Source: an uncultured Bacilli bacterium
Lineage (GTDB): Bacteria; Bacillota_I; Bacilli_A; RF39; UBA660
Direction: 5' to 3'
NCBI GenBank assembly: GCA_944350385.1
Contig: CALVOV010000006.1
Coordinates: 3,213-67,212, forward strand
Length of the DNA stretch: 64,000 nt
Numbering within the stretch: the first letter of the stretch is position 1; each line of letters opens with the position of its first letter. Both the position numbers and the translations under genes were made by a program. Under the pieces are notes generated by a model, which saw only the letters and a program-made list of their open reading frames with translations, made no database searches and had not been told where the DNA came from. Shown one piece after another: positions 49,143 to 58,912 of this stretch.

Positions 49143-50885
49143 CTAATTTAAATTTTTCTTTAATCTTGTTTCAAATAAACTTTTCAATTCATTTTCTTTT
49201 TCTTTTGTTATTTCTTTAGAAAATATAACGTCATTGGTATCTTCTTTAATTTCTGCTTCATCAGTTATTACTGACTCTGTAGTTATCTTACCACCTAAAA
49301 TAATTTTACCATTCTGTTCTATGTTAATATTAGTAGTAATATCACTATTATAAGAATTATTTTTTCTATTAGATACTTTATAATTAAAATCTATATCAAT
49401 ATCATATTCACTATCATCATAATCCATTGTAAAATGAGTTCTTTCTTGGGTCTTGTCTAATTCAATAGTACCTACTTGCTTATTATCTTTATTCTTAATG
49501 TTAATTATTAAATTATTCTTTTTTATATAATTTAAGTAATATTTAACATTATTATTTTTGATAATAGTTATTAGGTTATTATTAATTTCATAAGTCAATT
49601 CTTTTGATTCATTTCTATTTGTTAAATTAATCTCATATTTTTTAATATCATTTAATATTCCTTTGGTATATAGGCTTATAGTAAGTATTTCATTTGTATC
49701 AAGAAATTTTATTTTTGAAGGTATTTCATAGTCAGTGAAATTTTCAATAAGTCCATTTAAAATATTAAATGCTTCTTTATCTTTCTTTAAAACTTCTAAT
49801 GTTTTATTTAATATTTTTCTAATTTTAGTATTATCTAATTTTATAGTTATTTTTTTAACACTTTCTGTTTCATTATTTAAAAATGTTGTGGTATTAGAAA
49901 TATTATACTCATTTTCATCTATACAATCGGCAATATTTTCAAGAATTATTTTATATAAATATTTAATATTATAAATAACATTTTTATCTTTTGTAATAGT
50001 TTCGAAATAATTATTATTTCCATCATTTATGTATTTTTCAAAGAAATCTTTAACAAAATAATATGCTGTTGAATTTTCTATTAAATATTTATCATTAATT
50101 ATTAACTTATTATTATAAATTGTTTGTCTATTATAAAATAGTTGCTTTGTTTGCAAATTTTGTTTTAAAGCGATAGTTGTCTTAGAATTATTTAAATTGT
50201 TTAATAAATAATAATATTCAGCCATTTTTGAATCAGTAGTATGTTCTTCTTCTACTTTTTGACTTTCTAAAGATGTTGTTATAATCGTTTCTTTAGAAAA
50301 GTTATCTCCTAATAATGTTAATTGGTCATTTATATCAATAAGTGATGATATTTCTTCTCCTAAAGATAAGATTGCTTTTTTAGATATATTTTTTGGATTA
50401 TTTATATACAAATATCCTCTTACTAAGATAATTGAAATAATTATAATTAGTATTAATAAAGAGATAACTATTTTAGCATTCTTCTTCATGTGTGTTTTTA
50501 TTTTTACTTTTGTTTTTTGTTCTGTTTTTTGATCAGTAGGAGCTTCGTCGTTAGATGTAGGAATTGTATATGGTATCTTAATATCAAAAACTTTTGTTGC
50601 CTCTAAAGTGGATAAACGATCAATTAAGTTTTGCTTGGGTTGTTGGTTTTGTATTGGCTGAGAAATTTGAGGCTGTGGATTTAATTTTTCATCAGGCACA
50701 ACAACACTACTAGATTGATTAACTGAGGCAGCTTGTTTTATTTTATCTACTGGTATTTCTCCTGTTTGTCTTAATTGTTCTTCTTTAAATGCTTGATTAA
50801 CTACTGCTTGTGGATTTGGCATTTCTTGTTTTAGATTTTCACTAGTAACACTACTAAAAACCAACTTTTCTTTATTCTCTTCCAT
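49143..50885 (-). CDS. Hypothetical single-pass membrane protein with Q/P-rich cytoplasmic N-terminus
   Basis: Low-complexity N-terminal ~130 aa, one TM helix, large extracellular domain. Confidence 0.7.
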   Translation of the reverse strand: MEENKEKLVFSSVTSENLKQEMPNPQAVVNQAFKEEQLRQTGEIPVDKIKQAASVNQSSSVVVPDEKLNPQPQISQPIQNQQPKQNLIDRLSTLEATKVFDIKIPYTIPTSNDEAPTDQKTEQKTKVKIKTHMKKNAKIVISLLILIIIISIILVRGYLYINNPKNISKKAILSLGEEISSLIDINDQLTLLGDNFSKETIITTSLESQKVEEEHTTDSKMAEYYYLLNNLNNSKTTIALKQNLQTKQLFYNRQTIYNNKLIINDKYLIENSTAYYFVKDFFEKYINDGNNNYFETITKDKNVIYNIKYLYKIILENIADCIDENEYNISNTTTFLNNETESVKKITIKLDNTKIRKILNKTLEVLKKDKEAFNILNGLIENFTDYEIPSKIKFLDTNEILTISLYTKGILNDIKKYEINLTNRNESKELTYEINNNLITIIKNNNVKYYLNYIKKNNLIINIKNKDNKQVGTIELDKTQERTHFTMDYDDSEYDIDIDFNYKVSNRKNNSYNSDITTNINIEQNGKIILGGKITTESVITDEAEIKEDTNDVIFSKEITKEKENELKSLFETRLKKNLN

Positions 50886-50972
50886 ACTTAATACTCCCTC
50901 ATTTTAATTATAGCATTTAAATAATTTGCTGTAAACTAAAGAAACTCTTGATAGAGTTTCTTATTATAATAA

Positions 50973-51500
50973 TTAATTATCAGAGGCAACTATTAAAGAT
51001 AATTTATAAGGTATGGTAGTAGTTTTATTGCTAGAACCTTGACCATAGATAGCAACTACTTTTAGAGTTGTTTCTTCATTAGGAGCTAATACTTTTCCAG
51101 ATATATCTGTTGTTGTTAATTTTATTGGTCTAATTAAATTGACAAGTCGAGAATCACTTTCATAATCTGGAGATGCAACAACATCTATTATTTTAGCGTT
51201 CATTGTTCCTTTATTTTCGATAGTTATTGTGTAAGCTAATTCATCTAATTGATTGTATAAGGTAAATTTCATATCTAAAGTATGACCATCATCATCAATA
51301 CTATAAAGACCTATAGGTTCTTGGCCACCACCTTTAACAGATGTTCCTCCATTTACTTCTGTAAAGACTACATCAAATATTTCTTTTTTAGATTCTAAAG
51401 TTTCTAGTTTTACAGATAAAAAACTAAAACCTGTTCCTAGACAAATAATTGTAAGACATAACAAGGCAATTATTAAATTTCTAATACTTACTTTTTTCAT
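50973..51500 (-). CDS. Membrane-anchored Ig-like beta-sandwich protein
   Basis: TM helix followed by YTITIENKGTMNAKI...VLAPNEETTLKV. Confidence 0.6.
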   Translation of the reverse strand: MKKVSIRNLIIALLCLTIICLGTGFSFLSVKLETLESKKEIFDVVFTEVNGGTSVKGGGQEPIGLYSIDDDGHTLDMKFTLYNQLDELAYTITIENKGTMNAKIIDVVASPDYESDSRLVNLIRPIKLTTTDISGKVLAPNEETTLKVVAIYGQGSSNKTTTIPYKLSLIVASDN

Positions 51501-51509
51501 TTCATCCTC

Positions 51510-53663
51510 CTATGACGTAAATTTTGGATTAAGAGTTAAAGTAATCTCTTGACCTGTTGTTACTGGAGTACCAGAAGCAATAGATTGAGCAGTCACATAA
51601 CCAGTACCTTCTAATTTAACTTTTAACTTCATTTCTTCTAATATTGATTTAGCAACTTTTCCCGATAAACCACTTACATCTGGAATTGTTAAACTAGAAT
51701 CATTTGTTATTAAATAGATAGTGTCTTTGTTAGTGATAGTAGTATTTTTTTCTGGAGTTTGTTTAATCACTTTATTACCATTACCTATTAAAACATAATT
51801 CATACCTTGCGAACTTAAAGTTGTTTTAACTATATCTACTTTTTTATTTATAAAATTAGGTAGCGTATAATCATTTACTTCAATAGATGATGTTTGTGAA
51901 TCAGAATTTCCATAGTACTTAGAAATATTATTTACTATTTCTTTAACTGCATTAGAAATTGGTTTTTGAGAACCAGCAGTTGGTCTTTTTACTGCTGCAT
52001 AAATAATAATTTGTGGATCACTCTTTGGATAGATTCCAGCAAATGATGAAATTATATCTGATTGACCTGATAAATAACCTCCTGAATTTTCATCGGCAAT
52101 TTGACTAGTTCCTGTTTTACCAATTAATTCACCACTATTAATACGATAACCACTTCCCGTATTACCAATTCCGTTAACACAATCATCCATTAAGGAAAGC
52201 ATTTTTTGGACTGTTGCTGTTGAAGCAACACGCTCAATTTCTTCACGACTATTTTCAACTACTACTTCATTATTTTCTGGATTTACTATTTTATTTACTA
52301 AGTATGGTTTAATAAGCATACCATCATTGGTCAAAGATGTCATAGCTTGTATCATTTGAATAGGTGTAATTGTTATACCTTGACCAAAACCAGCATTGTA
52401 AATTTCTGTTTCATATTTGAATTCTAGGTTTCCTTTACTTTCATTTGGTAAGGTTATTCTAGTTTTTTTACCAAATCCCAATAGTTTAAGATATTGTCTT
52501 AACATTAAACTATTCATATGTCTATTAATTATATTTATTACAGCAACATTACTACTCATGGCATAACCTTTATCAAATGTTAAAGTACCCCAACCATTAC
52601 GATTCCAATCACCTATTTCTGTACCATCAGAGGTTGTAAAAACACCTGATTGATACGTTTCATTTCCATCATAGACACCATTTTCCATGGCAGCCATATA
52701 AGTAAATGTTTTCATAGTACTTCCTGGCTCATATGGAGAAGCAACTAATAAATCAAGATAATTAGTAATATTTCTGATATTTGGATCAAAAGATGGATTA
52801 TTAGCTGTACCTAAAATAGCTCCTGTCTTAGCATCTGCAACTGTAACATGAAACCATTCCCAATCATAATTTATATCTGAGTTTTTAATTGCTTGTTCAA
52901 TATAAAATTGAATATTACTATCTATTGTTAGATATATATCATTTCCCTGTCTAGCTTCTTTAGTAACTACTGGAGTCCCAGCTATTTGATACCCTTTTAA
53001 GTCTTTTTGATACTTTCGATATCCATCTTCACCTGAAAGTAAATCATCATAATATTTTTCAATTCCCATTTCTCCTACTATTTTACCATTTTCATCGGTT
53101 TTAGCATAACCTAGGGTATATGATGCAAAATCACCCTTTGGGTAATATCTTCGATAACTTTCTTCAAAACCTATACCAGGTAATTCCAACTCTTCTATTT
53201 GTTGTTTTGTTATTTCACTTAATCCCTTTCCAGCTACACCAAACTCTGTTTGTTTCAAACCATCTTTATCTTTATTTAATCGATATAAAATATCTTCATA
53301 AGACATGGCGATTATTTTAGATAATTCTTCAGCTGTTTTTTCTTTATCTACTACATGTTGAGGATTATTTTCGTTTATTGTACGTTCAGGATCTAGGTAG
53401 GCAATTAATTTATAAGAGGTAACTGTTTGAACTAATGGATCATTATTACTGGAATAAATAGTACCTCTTTTAGCAGAAATTATTTCTGTTCTAGTAGTTC
53501 TTTGACTCTTTAATTCTTTTAAATTAGTACCATCAATAGTATCTGATAAAGTTAATTGACATAGTCTTAATATTATTGCAACAAACAAAAAAAGAGCAAC
53601 TAGAAAAACGAAGACATTGTATCTTATATTGTTTTGTTTTCTTTTTCTGCTCAATTTAATCAC
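51510..53663 (-). CDS. pbpB: Cell-division class B PBP (PBP2B/FtsI) with two PASTA domains
   Basis: STMK, SSN and KTG motifs; follows mraZ-rsmH-ftsL. Confidence 0.9.
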   Translation of the reverse strand: MIKLSRKRKQNNIRYNVFVFLVALFLFVAIILRLCQLTLSDTIDGTNLKELKSQRTTRTEIISAKRGTIYSSNNDPLVQTVTSYKLIAYLDPERTINENNPQHVVDKEKTAEELSKIIAMSYEDILYRLNKDKDGLKQTEFGVAGKGLSEITKQQIEELELPGIGFEESYRRYYPKGDFASYTLGYAKTDENGKIVGEMGIEKYYDDLLSGEDGYRKYQKDLKGYQIAGTPVVTKEARQGNDIYLTIDSNIQFYIEQAIKNSDINYDWEWFHVTVADAKTGAILGTANNPSFDPNIRNITNYLDLLVASPYEPGSTMKTFTYMAAMENGVYDGNETYQSGVFTTSDGTEIGDWNRNGWGTLTFDKGYAMSSNVAVINIINRHMNSLMLRQYLKLLGFGKKTRITLPNESKGNLEFKYETEIYNAGFGQGITITPIQMIQAMTSLTNDGMLIKPYLVNKIVNPENNEVVVENSREEIERVASTATVQKMLSLMDDCVNGIGNTGSGYRINSGELIGKTGTSQIADENSGGYLSGQSDIISSFAGIYPKSDPQIIIYAAVKRPTAGSQKPISNAVKEIVNNISKYYGNSDSQTSSIEVNDYTLPNFINKKVDIVKTTLSSQGMNYVLIGNGNKVIKQTPEKNTTITNKDTIYLITNDSSLTIPDVSGLSGKVAKSILEEMKLKVKLEGTGYVTAQSIASGTPVTTGQEITLTLNPKFTS

Positions 53664-53676
53664 ACCCTATTACCAA

Positions 53677-54024
53677 CTAGTTATCTTTTTCTGTCTCTGT
53701 CTGAGTAATATCTTTATTATCTTCTTCTACTATTGTTTTTATGTTATTATTATTATAACTCAACCCTTGCTGTTCTGCAACCTCTTGTATTTTACTTAAA
53801 GAAACTAATTCGTTAATAGCCATATTTAGACTTTCATTAGTTTTCTTTTGCTCTTCTATTGCTTTCTTTTCTTTTTCGACTTCAAAGTTTATTTTTGATA
53901 AAGTTGCTTGGGTAAATACTACTAATATTGGTGATAATAATAAAAATAAAGCTGCACAGAAATATAATATTTTTTCAAATAATGAAAGTTTTATTTTCTT
54001 TTTAATTTTGCTTTTCTTTTTCAT
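53677..54024 (-). CDS. ftsL: Cell division protein FtsL
   Basis: FEK.L, one TM helix, coiled coil, LVSLSKI..VA...GL; conserved position. Confidence 0.85.
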   Translation of the reverse strand: MKKKSKIKKKIKLSLFEKILYFCAALFLLLSPILVVFTQATLSKINFEVEKEKKAIEEQKKTNESLNMAINELVSLSKIQEVAEQQGLSYNNNNIKTIVEEDNKDITQTETEKDN

Positions 54025-54040
54025 ATTATCACCTTTCTTT

Positions 54041-54973
54041 TTATTTTATTCTTTCGATAACTCGAAGTTTGGCGCTTCTTGCTCGTTGATTATTATTTAA
54101 TTCTTCTTGACTAGGTTCAATTGCTTTATTTATTACTAGTTTAAAATTAGGTAAATATTCCTCTGGAATATTGGGTAATCCTTTTACTTTTTCATCAATA
54201 TTAGTAACTTTTTTAAAATAATTTTTAACTAATCTATCTTCTAATGAATGAAATGTAATCACAGCTACTCTACCGCCTATTTTTAGCATTGAAAGAGCTT
54301 GTTCTAGAGAAGGTTCGATTACATCTAATTCTTTATTAACTTCTATTCTTATAGCTTGAAATATTTGTCGAGCTGGATGTTTGTCTTTTCTAAATTTCAT
54401 AGGAACAGCTGTTTTTATTATTTCCACTAATTCTAGTGTTGTTTCTATTGGCTTTTTTGCACGATATTCAACAATTTTTTTTGCGATATTATTGGAAAAT
54501 TTATCTTCGCCATATCTATAGAATATTCTTGCTAAATCTTCTTTGGAATAATTATTTACTACCTCATAGGCAGATAGTGGATTTTCTCTATCCATACGCA
54601 TATCTAATCTAGCATCTTCATGATATGAAAAGCCTCTTGTTGAGTCATCTAGTTGTGGTGAAGATACTCCCAAATCGTATAGTACTCCATCGACTTTTTC
54701 TACTCCTAATTCATTTAATTTTTCTTTTAAATTTACAAAATTACTTTTAATGATAGTGAAGTTAGCACCAATTTTTGATAGTCTGTTGGTGCTATACTCG
54801 ATTGCTTCACTATCTTGGTCAAAGGCGAATAAGAACCCCTTCTTAACTTTTGCCAATATTTTGCTGCTATGTCCTCCATAACCTAATGTACAATCTACTA
54901 TTGTACTATCTTCTTTGATATTTAATGAGGATATAGATTCTTCGAGTAATACACTTATGTGTCTTTCCTTCAT
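54041..54973 (-). CDS. rsmH: 16S rRNA m4C1402 methyltransferase
   Basis: DCTLGYGGHS, DLGVSSPQLD, FQAIRIEVN, FHSLEDR and RARSAKLR. Confidence 0.96.
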   Translation of the reverse strand: MKERHISVLLEESISSLNIKEDSTIVDCTLGYGGHSSKILAKVKKGFLFAFDQDSEAIEYSTNRLSKIGANFTIIKSNFVNLKEKLNELGVEKVDGVLYDLGVSSPQLDDSTRGFSYHEDARLDMRMDRENPLSAYEVVNNYSKEDLARIFYRYGEDKFSNNIAKKIVEYRAKKPIETTLELVEIIKTAVPMKFRKDKHPARQIFQAIRIEVNKELDVIEPSLEQALSMLKIGGRVAVITFHSLEDRLVKNYFKKVTNIDEKVKGLPNIPEEYLPNFKLVINKAIEPSQEELNNNQRARSAKLRVIERIK

Positions 54974-55407
54974 ATTTTCACACTTTCGTCTATTAAATTT
55001 TCGGCTATATCAGACATATTTTCATATGCAGTGCTTATAAAAGAATTCCAATTCTCAACAGCCCAGATTTCTAATTTATTTCCTACGCCTACTATTACGC
55101 ATTCTTTATTTATGTTTGCGTAAGAAATTTGTGGGGAGGTAATATTTACTCGACCTTGAGAATCAAATTCTGTCACAGTAGCACCTGATAAAAAAAATCG
55201 TGTAAATTCTCGTGTGTCTTTTTTAGTAAATGGAAGGGATTCAAGTTTATTGGTAATTTGTTCCCATACATCAAAGGGATATAGATATAAACAATGTTCT
55301 ATTCCTCTTGTCAATACAAATTTTTCTCCAACATCATTTCGAAATTTTGAAGGAATTATTAATCTTCCCTTGTCATCAATCGAATGATGGTATTCACCCA
55401 TAAACAT
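54970..55407 (-). CDS. mraZ: Division/cell wall cluster regulator MraZ
   Basis: MFMGEY.H.IDDKGR and DSQGRV..., EIW. Start reassigned to ATG 55407. Confidence 0.95.
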   Translation of the reverse strand: MFMGEYHHSIDDKGRLIIPSKFRNDVGEKFVLTRGIEHCLYLYPFDVWEQITNKLESLPFTKKDTREFTRFFLSGATVTEFDSQGRVNITSPQISYANINKECVIVGVGNKLEIWAVENWNSFISTAYENMSDIAENLIDESVKI

Positions 55408-55416
55408 ATAAATCCC

Positions 55417-55480
55417 CCACATTTTCCCATCATTTACCACTGCTCAATTATAATATAGCTAAAATTAAAAAGATTGTAAA
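55417..55480 (-). promoter_or_regulatory. mraZ promoter and MraZ-binding repeats
   Basis: GTGG/ATGG/GTGG at an exact 10-nt period (55440, 55430, 55420); upstream TTTACA, 17 nt, TATATT. Confidence 0.75.
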
Positions 55481-55529
55481 TAAAAGCAATATAAATTATT
55501 TTTTATTGACAAATAATTTACAAATCAAT

Positions 55530-57044
55530 TTAATTTAAATTAAATTTAGAATAGACTTTTTTTCTCCTTTCTTCTTGAAACTTTTTTTCTTTTTCTTTGA
55601 CTTTTATAAAATCTTTAATACGATTAAACTTATTATCCTTATGAGGAAACATCGTAATAATATTCTTAGTTTCTGGTAATACTATGACACGATATTTATC
55701 TATTCCATCTCCTATATTTTGATAGTCAATTTCATAAACATCTAAAATATCTCCGTATACCCTATTTTCTTCTATTAAATTATTCATAGTATATTGATAT
55801 AAATCTTCAAAATTAATATTTTTATTAAAAGAAGATTTCTTTTTACGATGTCTAATTATATGATCTTTAGATTTTTCTTCTGAAAAGTTAAGTATTTGAC
55901 TTTCTAAATATCTATTAGATTTTTTTAAAGAGATTGTTTTTTGTTGATATTTTTGTAAAAGAATTTTTAAATATTGATATTTATCTTGATATTTTTCTTT
56001 ATTAGGACAATTTTTCTGCATCTTTTCTAAAACTTTTTCTGCTTCACAATAATTTCTTTCTGATATTAAAATAGAAATCAAATTAAGATATAGTCTAAAA
56101 TTATTTTTAAATTGATGATTTAATAATTCTTTATATATTTCTTTTGCTTCAGTAAATTGTTTGTTTTCGTGCAAAAGATATGCTAATCTCCACTTAGCAG
56201 TATTTTTTACTCTTTTCTTATTTGATTTTAGAGCTTCTAAAAAACACTCTTCAGCTTTCTGATAGTCAGATAAATGTTGATAGGCTATTCCCTTAGATAT
56301 AAAAATTTCTTTGGAGTCATCAATTCTGCATTCTAATATTAGTTCATTACAAATATCAAGTGCTGCCCCATATTTACCTATCATATTGTAGATACGACTT
56401 TTTTCAAGTAATGTTAGAGTATAAATTTCATCATGAATGGTGGTAAGATATTTTGATATTTCTAAGGCTTTATTGAAGTGCTCATTAGCTACTTCTATTT
56501 CCATTAAATATAATAATGATTCTCTATTTAATTTTTTTATATTTATATTACTCAATTCTAAATTAGCCTTTGCTTTTTGTCCCATTAAAACATATAATTT
56601 AGCTTTGCATAAATGATAATTATCATCTTTATTTTTTATTTTTTTTAATATGTTATTAGCATCATTTAACTTATATTGATTTATTTTTACATCAAATAAT
56701 AATCTTAAAGCTAAACTTCTTAATGAAGGATTGTTATTTATTACTTTTTTTAATAATAAAATTGCATATTCTTCATCTTCTTCTAAATATATTTTGGCAA
56801 GTTCAATAGAGGCAAAGTCTTTTTTTATAGTATTTTTATTAATTATATCTTTAAATACTAATTTAGCTTCTTCAGTATCATTAGCTTTAATTAAAATTTT
56901 TCCATGAAGATATTGAGCAAATTCATCATTAGGATACTCTTTTAAATATTTTTCTATTTCAAAAAGAGCTCTAGAATATTGTTCTTTTTTAAACAATTCT
57001 TTTATACTATTATAAGTTTTTAATGAACATCTTCTTTGAAACAT
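55530..57044 (-). CDS. Tetratricopeptide-repeat protein with a small C-terminal alpha/beta domain
   Basis: Multiple TPR-like units (G.AY..L.DY.KA...F..AL); non-repeat tail DHIIRH...SSF...IITMFP; GGAGG RBS. Confidence 0.8.
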   Translation of the reverse strand: MFQRRCSLKTYNSIKELFKKEQYSRALFEIEKYLKEYPNDEFAQYLHGKILIKANDTEEAKLVFKDIINKNTIKKDFASIELAKIYLEEDEEYAILLLKKVINNNPSLRSLALRLLFDVKINQYKLNDANNILKKIKNKDDNYHLCKAKLYVLMGQKAKANLELSNINIKKLNRESLLYLMEIEVANEHFNKALEISKYLTTIHDEIYTLTLLEKSRIYNMIGKYGAALDICNELILECRIDDSKEIFISKGIAYQHLSDYQKAEECFLEALKSNKKRVKNTAKWRLAYLLHENKQFTEAKEIYKELLNHQFKNNFRLYLNLISILISERNYCEAEKVLEKMQKNCPNKEKYQDKYQYLKILLQKYQQKTISLKKSNRYLESQILNFSEEKSKDHIIRHRKKKSSFNKNINFEDLYQYTMNNLIEENRVYGDILDVYEIDYQNIGDGIDKYRVIVLPETKNIITMFPHKDNKFNRIKDFIKVKEKEKKFQEERRKKVYSKFNLN

Positions 57045-57107
57045 GAATACCCTCCTAGCTGTTTGTATATTATAACATATTTTTATAATAAAAAAACGAC
57101 AATGTCG

Positions 57108-57791
57108 TTATTTTATAAAGTATTTTAAGATATAACTGCCAATTAATAGACCAGCACTGGCTGGAACAAAAGCACTACTTCCTGGTGTTCTAGTGCCAAC
57201 TTTTATTGGTAGCTCTTTGGATGTGCATACTAAAACTTTGGATGTTATTTTTTCATCTTTAATAAATTTTCTTAATATTTTAGCAATTGGATCATTAATT
57301 GTTTTTCGAATATCTACTATTTCTAGTTGTGATGGATCTAATTTATTGCCTGTTCCCATACTACTAATAAAAGGTATTTTGTTGGTTAAACAAATTTTGA
57401 TTACCTCTTTTTTTACAGAAATAGTATCACAAGCATCAACAAAAAAATCTATTTTATAATCAAATAATTTTTGAATATTATTGTTATCAATAAATTTGTC
57501 TATTTTTATTACTTTACAATCTGGATTAATATCATTGATTCTTTTTTCTAAAACGTCTACTTTTTTCATATTAATAGTTGACTCTAGAGCAATGATTTGC
57601 CTATTAATATTACTTTCATCAATAGTATCAAAATCGACAATAATGATTGTTCCTATGCCACTTCTCGCTAAACTTTCTACTACGTAACCACCTACTCCAC
57701 CTACTCCTAGTACTAAAACTGTTTTGGTGGATAAAATGTTTATATTATTAGAGCCTATTATTTGTTCTAATCTACCATATCTAGCCTGCAT
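57108..57791 (-). CDS. tcdA: tRNA threonylcarbamoyladenosine dehydratase (ThiF family)
   Basis: GVGGVG, SNINRQ, DACD, SSMGTGNKLDP and GSSAFVP; downstream of 6S RNA, as for B. subtilis yrvM. Confidence 0.9.
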   Translation of the reverse strand: MQARYGRLEQIIGSNNINILSTKTVLVLGVGGVGGYVVESLARSGIGTIIIVDFDTIDESNINRQIIALESTINMKKVDVLEKRINDINPDCKVIKIDKFIDNNNIQKLFDYKIDFFVDACDTISVKKEVIKICLTNKIPFISSMGTGNKLDPSQLEIVDIRKTINDPIAKILRKFIKDEKITSKVLVCTSKELPIKVGTRTPGSSAFVPASAGLLIGSYILKYFIK

Positions 57792-58593
57792 TTTGGATAT
57801 TTAATTGTTCCTTATACTTAATTAATTGTTTTTGTTTTTGTTTATTAGATTTAATCAAATTAAGTGGTCTATTATAAACTAATTTACTAATATAGGAAAG
57901 TTTAGCATAAATATCTCTATTTTTTTGAGCCATTGTATAGTAATTTCGTAAATTTTTAGAGTCTCTTGTTCTTATTACCTCTAAAGCTTTTAAGGTATCA
58001 TTTAAACTATTTTCAGGAATAGTTGTATCTGCAACAACAGTACAATCAAAATTTTGAATAAAATGAATAGTAGCTGTTAAGTCAGCTACTCCTGCCATTT
58101 CAAATAAAGTTGGCCATTTAGTTGTATCTCTTTCTTCTCTAACTATTTGTTGTAATTTCATAATTTTATCATCAGTTAGATTTTTATCTAAACCGACTTT
58201 TTCAAATGATAGATAACGCCCTTTATTTGTACCTGGGACTTCTTTTCTCATATCTGTTAATACTCGACCATATAAATTATCAAGTTCCTCACTAACTTTT
58301 TTAGGAGGTGGTGCTACTTCATAAACATCGTAAAATTGTGAATCTCTTTCTTGTTTAGTAGTAATTAGATAATTTCTTGGATAGTGTAGAGTGTTAAATC
58401 GAATAAAGTTTAGAGCAGCTTTATCTTCTTTGGAATTTTTATATATTGATTCTGAAAGTTTTTTACCATTAACTATAATTTCACTTTCTTCAGCATCTGG
58501 AAAGCTTACTCTTTTTCTGATCTTTTCGGCATTCTTTAAAGTAATCTGTACATTCAAAATTCTGTTTTTATTAACTATAGGTAAAATTAACAT
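57781..58593 (-). CDS. Hypothetical protein
   Basis: Open frame with GAGGTG RBS before ATG 58593; overlaps the tcdA start. Confidence 0.7.
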   Translation of the reverse strand: MLILPIVNKNRILNVQITLKNAEKIRKRVSFPDAEESEIIVNGKKLSESIYKNSKEDKAALNFIRFNTLHYPRNYLITTKQERDSQFYDVYEVAPPPKKVSEELDNLYGRVLTDMRKEVPGTNKGRYLSFEKVGLDKNLTDDKIMKLQQIVREERDTTKWPTLFEMAGVADLTATIHFIQNFDCTVVADTTIPENSLNDTLKALEVIRTRDSKNLRNYYTMAQKNRDIYAKLSYISKLVYNRPLNLIKSNKQKQKQLIKYKEQLNIQNAG

Positions 58594-58651
58594 TGAATAC
58601 ACCTCGCAGACCATATTATAACAAATTTATTATTTTTATTCAACAAAAAAA

Positions 58652-58826
58652 TCAGGTTGAGCGTCCTTGCTAACGATAAAACCTGCGCGTTCCCACAGGT
58701 GGGTGTCCGTACGCTATCTTTAGGATTCTTAAATAATATTAAGCATTCAACACGGATAACTGATCAAGACTCCCGTATCGTTATTTTAGTCGGTTTTATA
58801 AGAAGCAGGTCTCGCATCTTCCTGAC
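58652..58826 (-). ncRNA. ssrS: 6S RNA
   Basis: GC-richer non-coding ~175 nt with complementary ends (TCAGG...CCTGA) and the Firmicute 6S motifs GGGAG and CACCCACCTG...GCG..GG; lies between aspS and tcdA as in B. subtilis. Confidence 0.85.
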
Positions 58827-58832
58827 AATTAT

Positions 58833-58861
58833 ATTGTAGCATAACTGGTATGTATAAGCAA
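58833..58861 (-). promoter_or_regulatory. SigA extended -10 promoter of 6S RNA
   Basis: TTGCTT, 17 nt, TACAAT preceded by TGn. Confidence 0.75.
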
Positions 58862-58912
58862 GTAAGTTGGCACTCATTTGACATATACTCATAAAATATT
58901 TTAGGTGATTAT

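Noticed and set aside
58657-58839. 60-aa plus-strand ORF
   Set aside because: It is the antisense of the 6S RNA gene.
58867-58893. CIRCE (HrcA) element
   Set aside because: Only a left-arm-like TTGGCACTC is present; there is no matching GAGTGCTAA arm and no chaperone gene follows.
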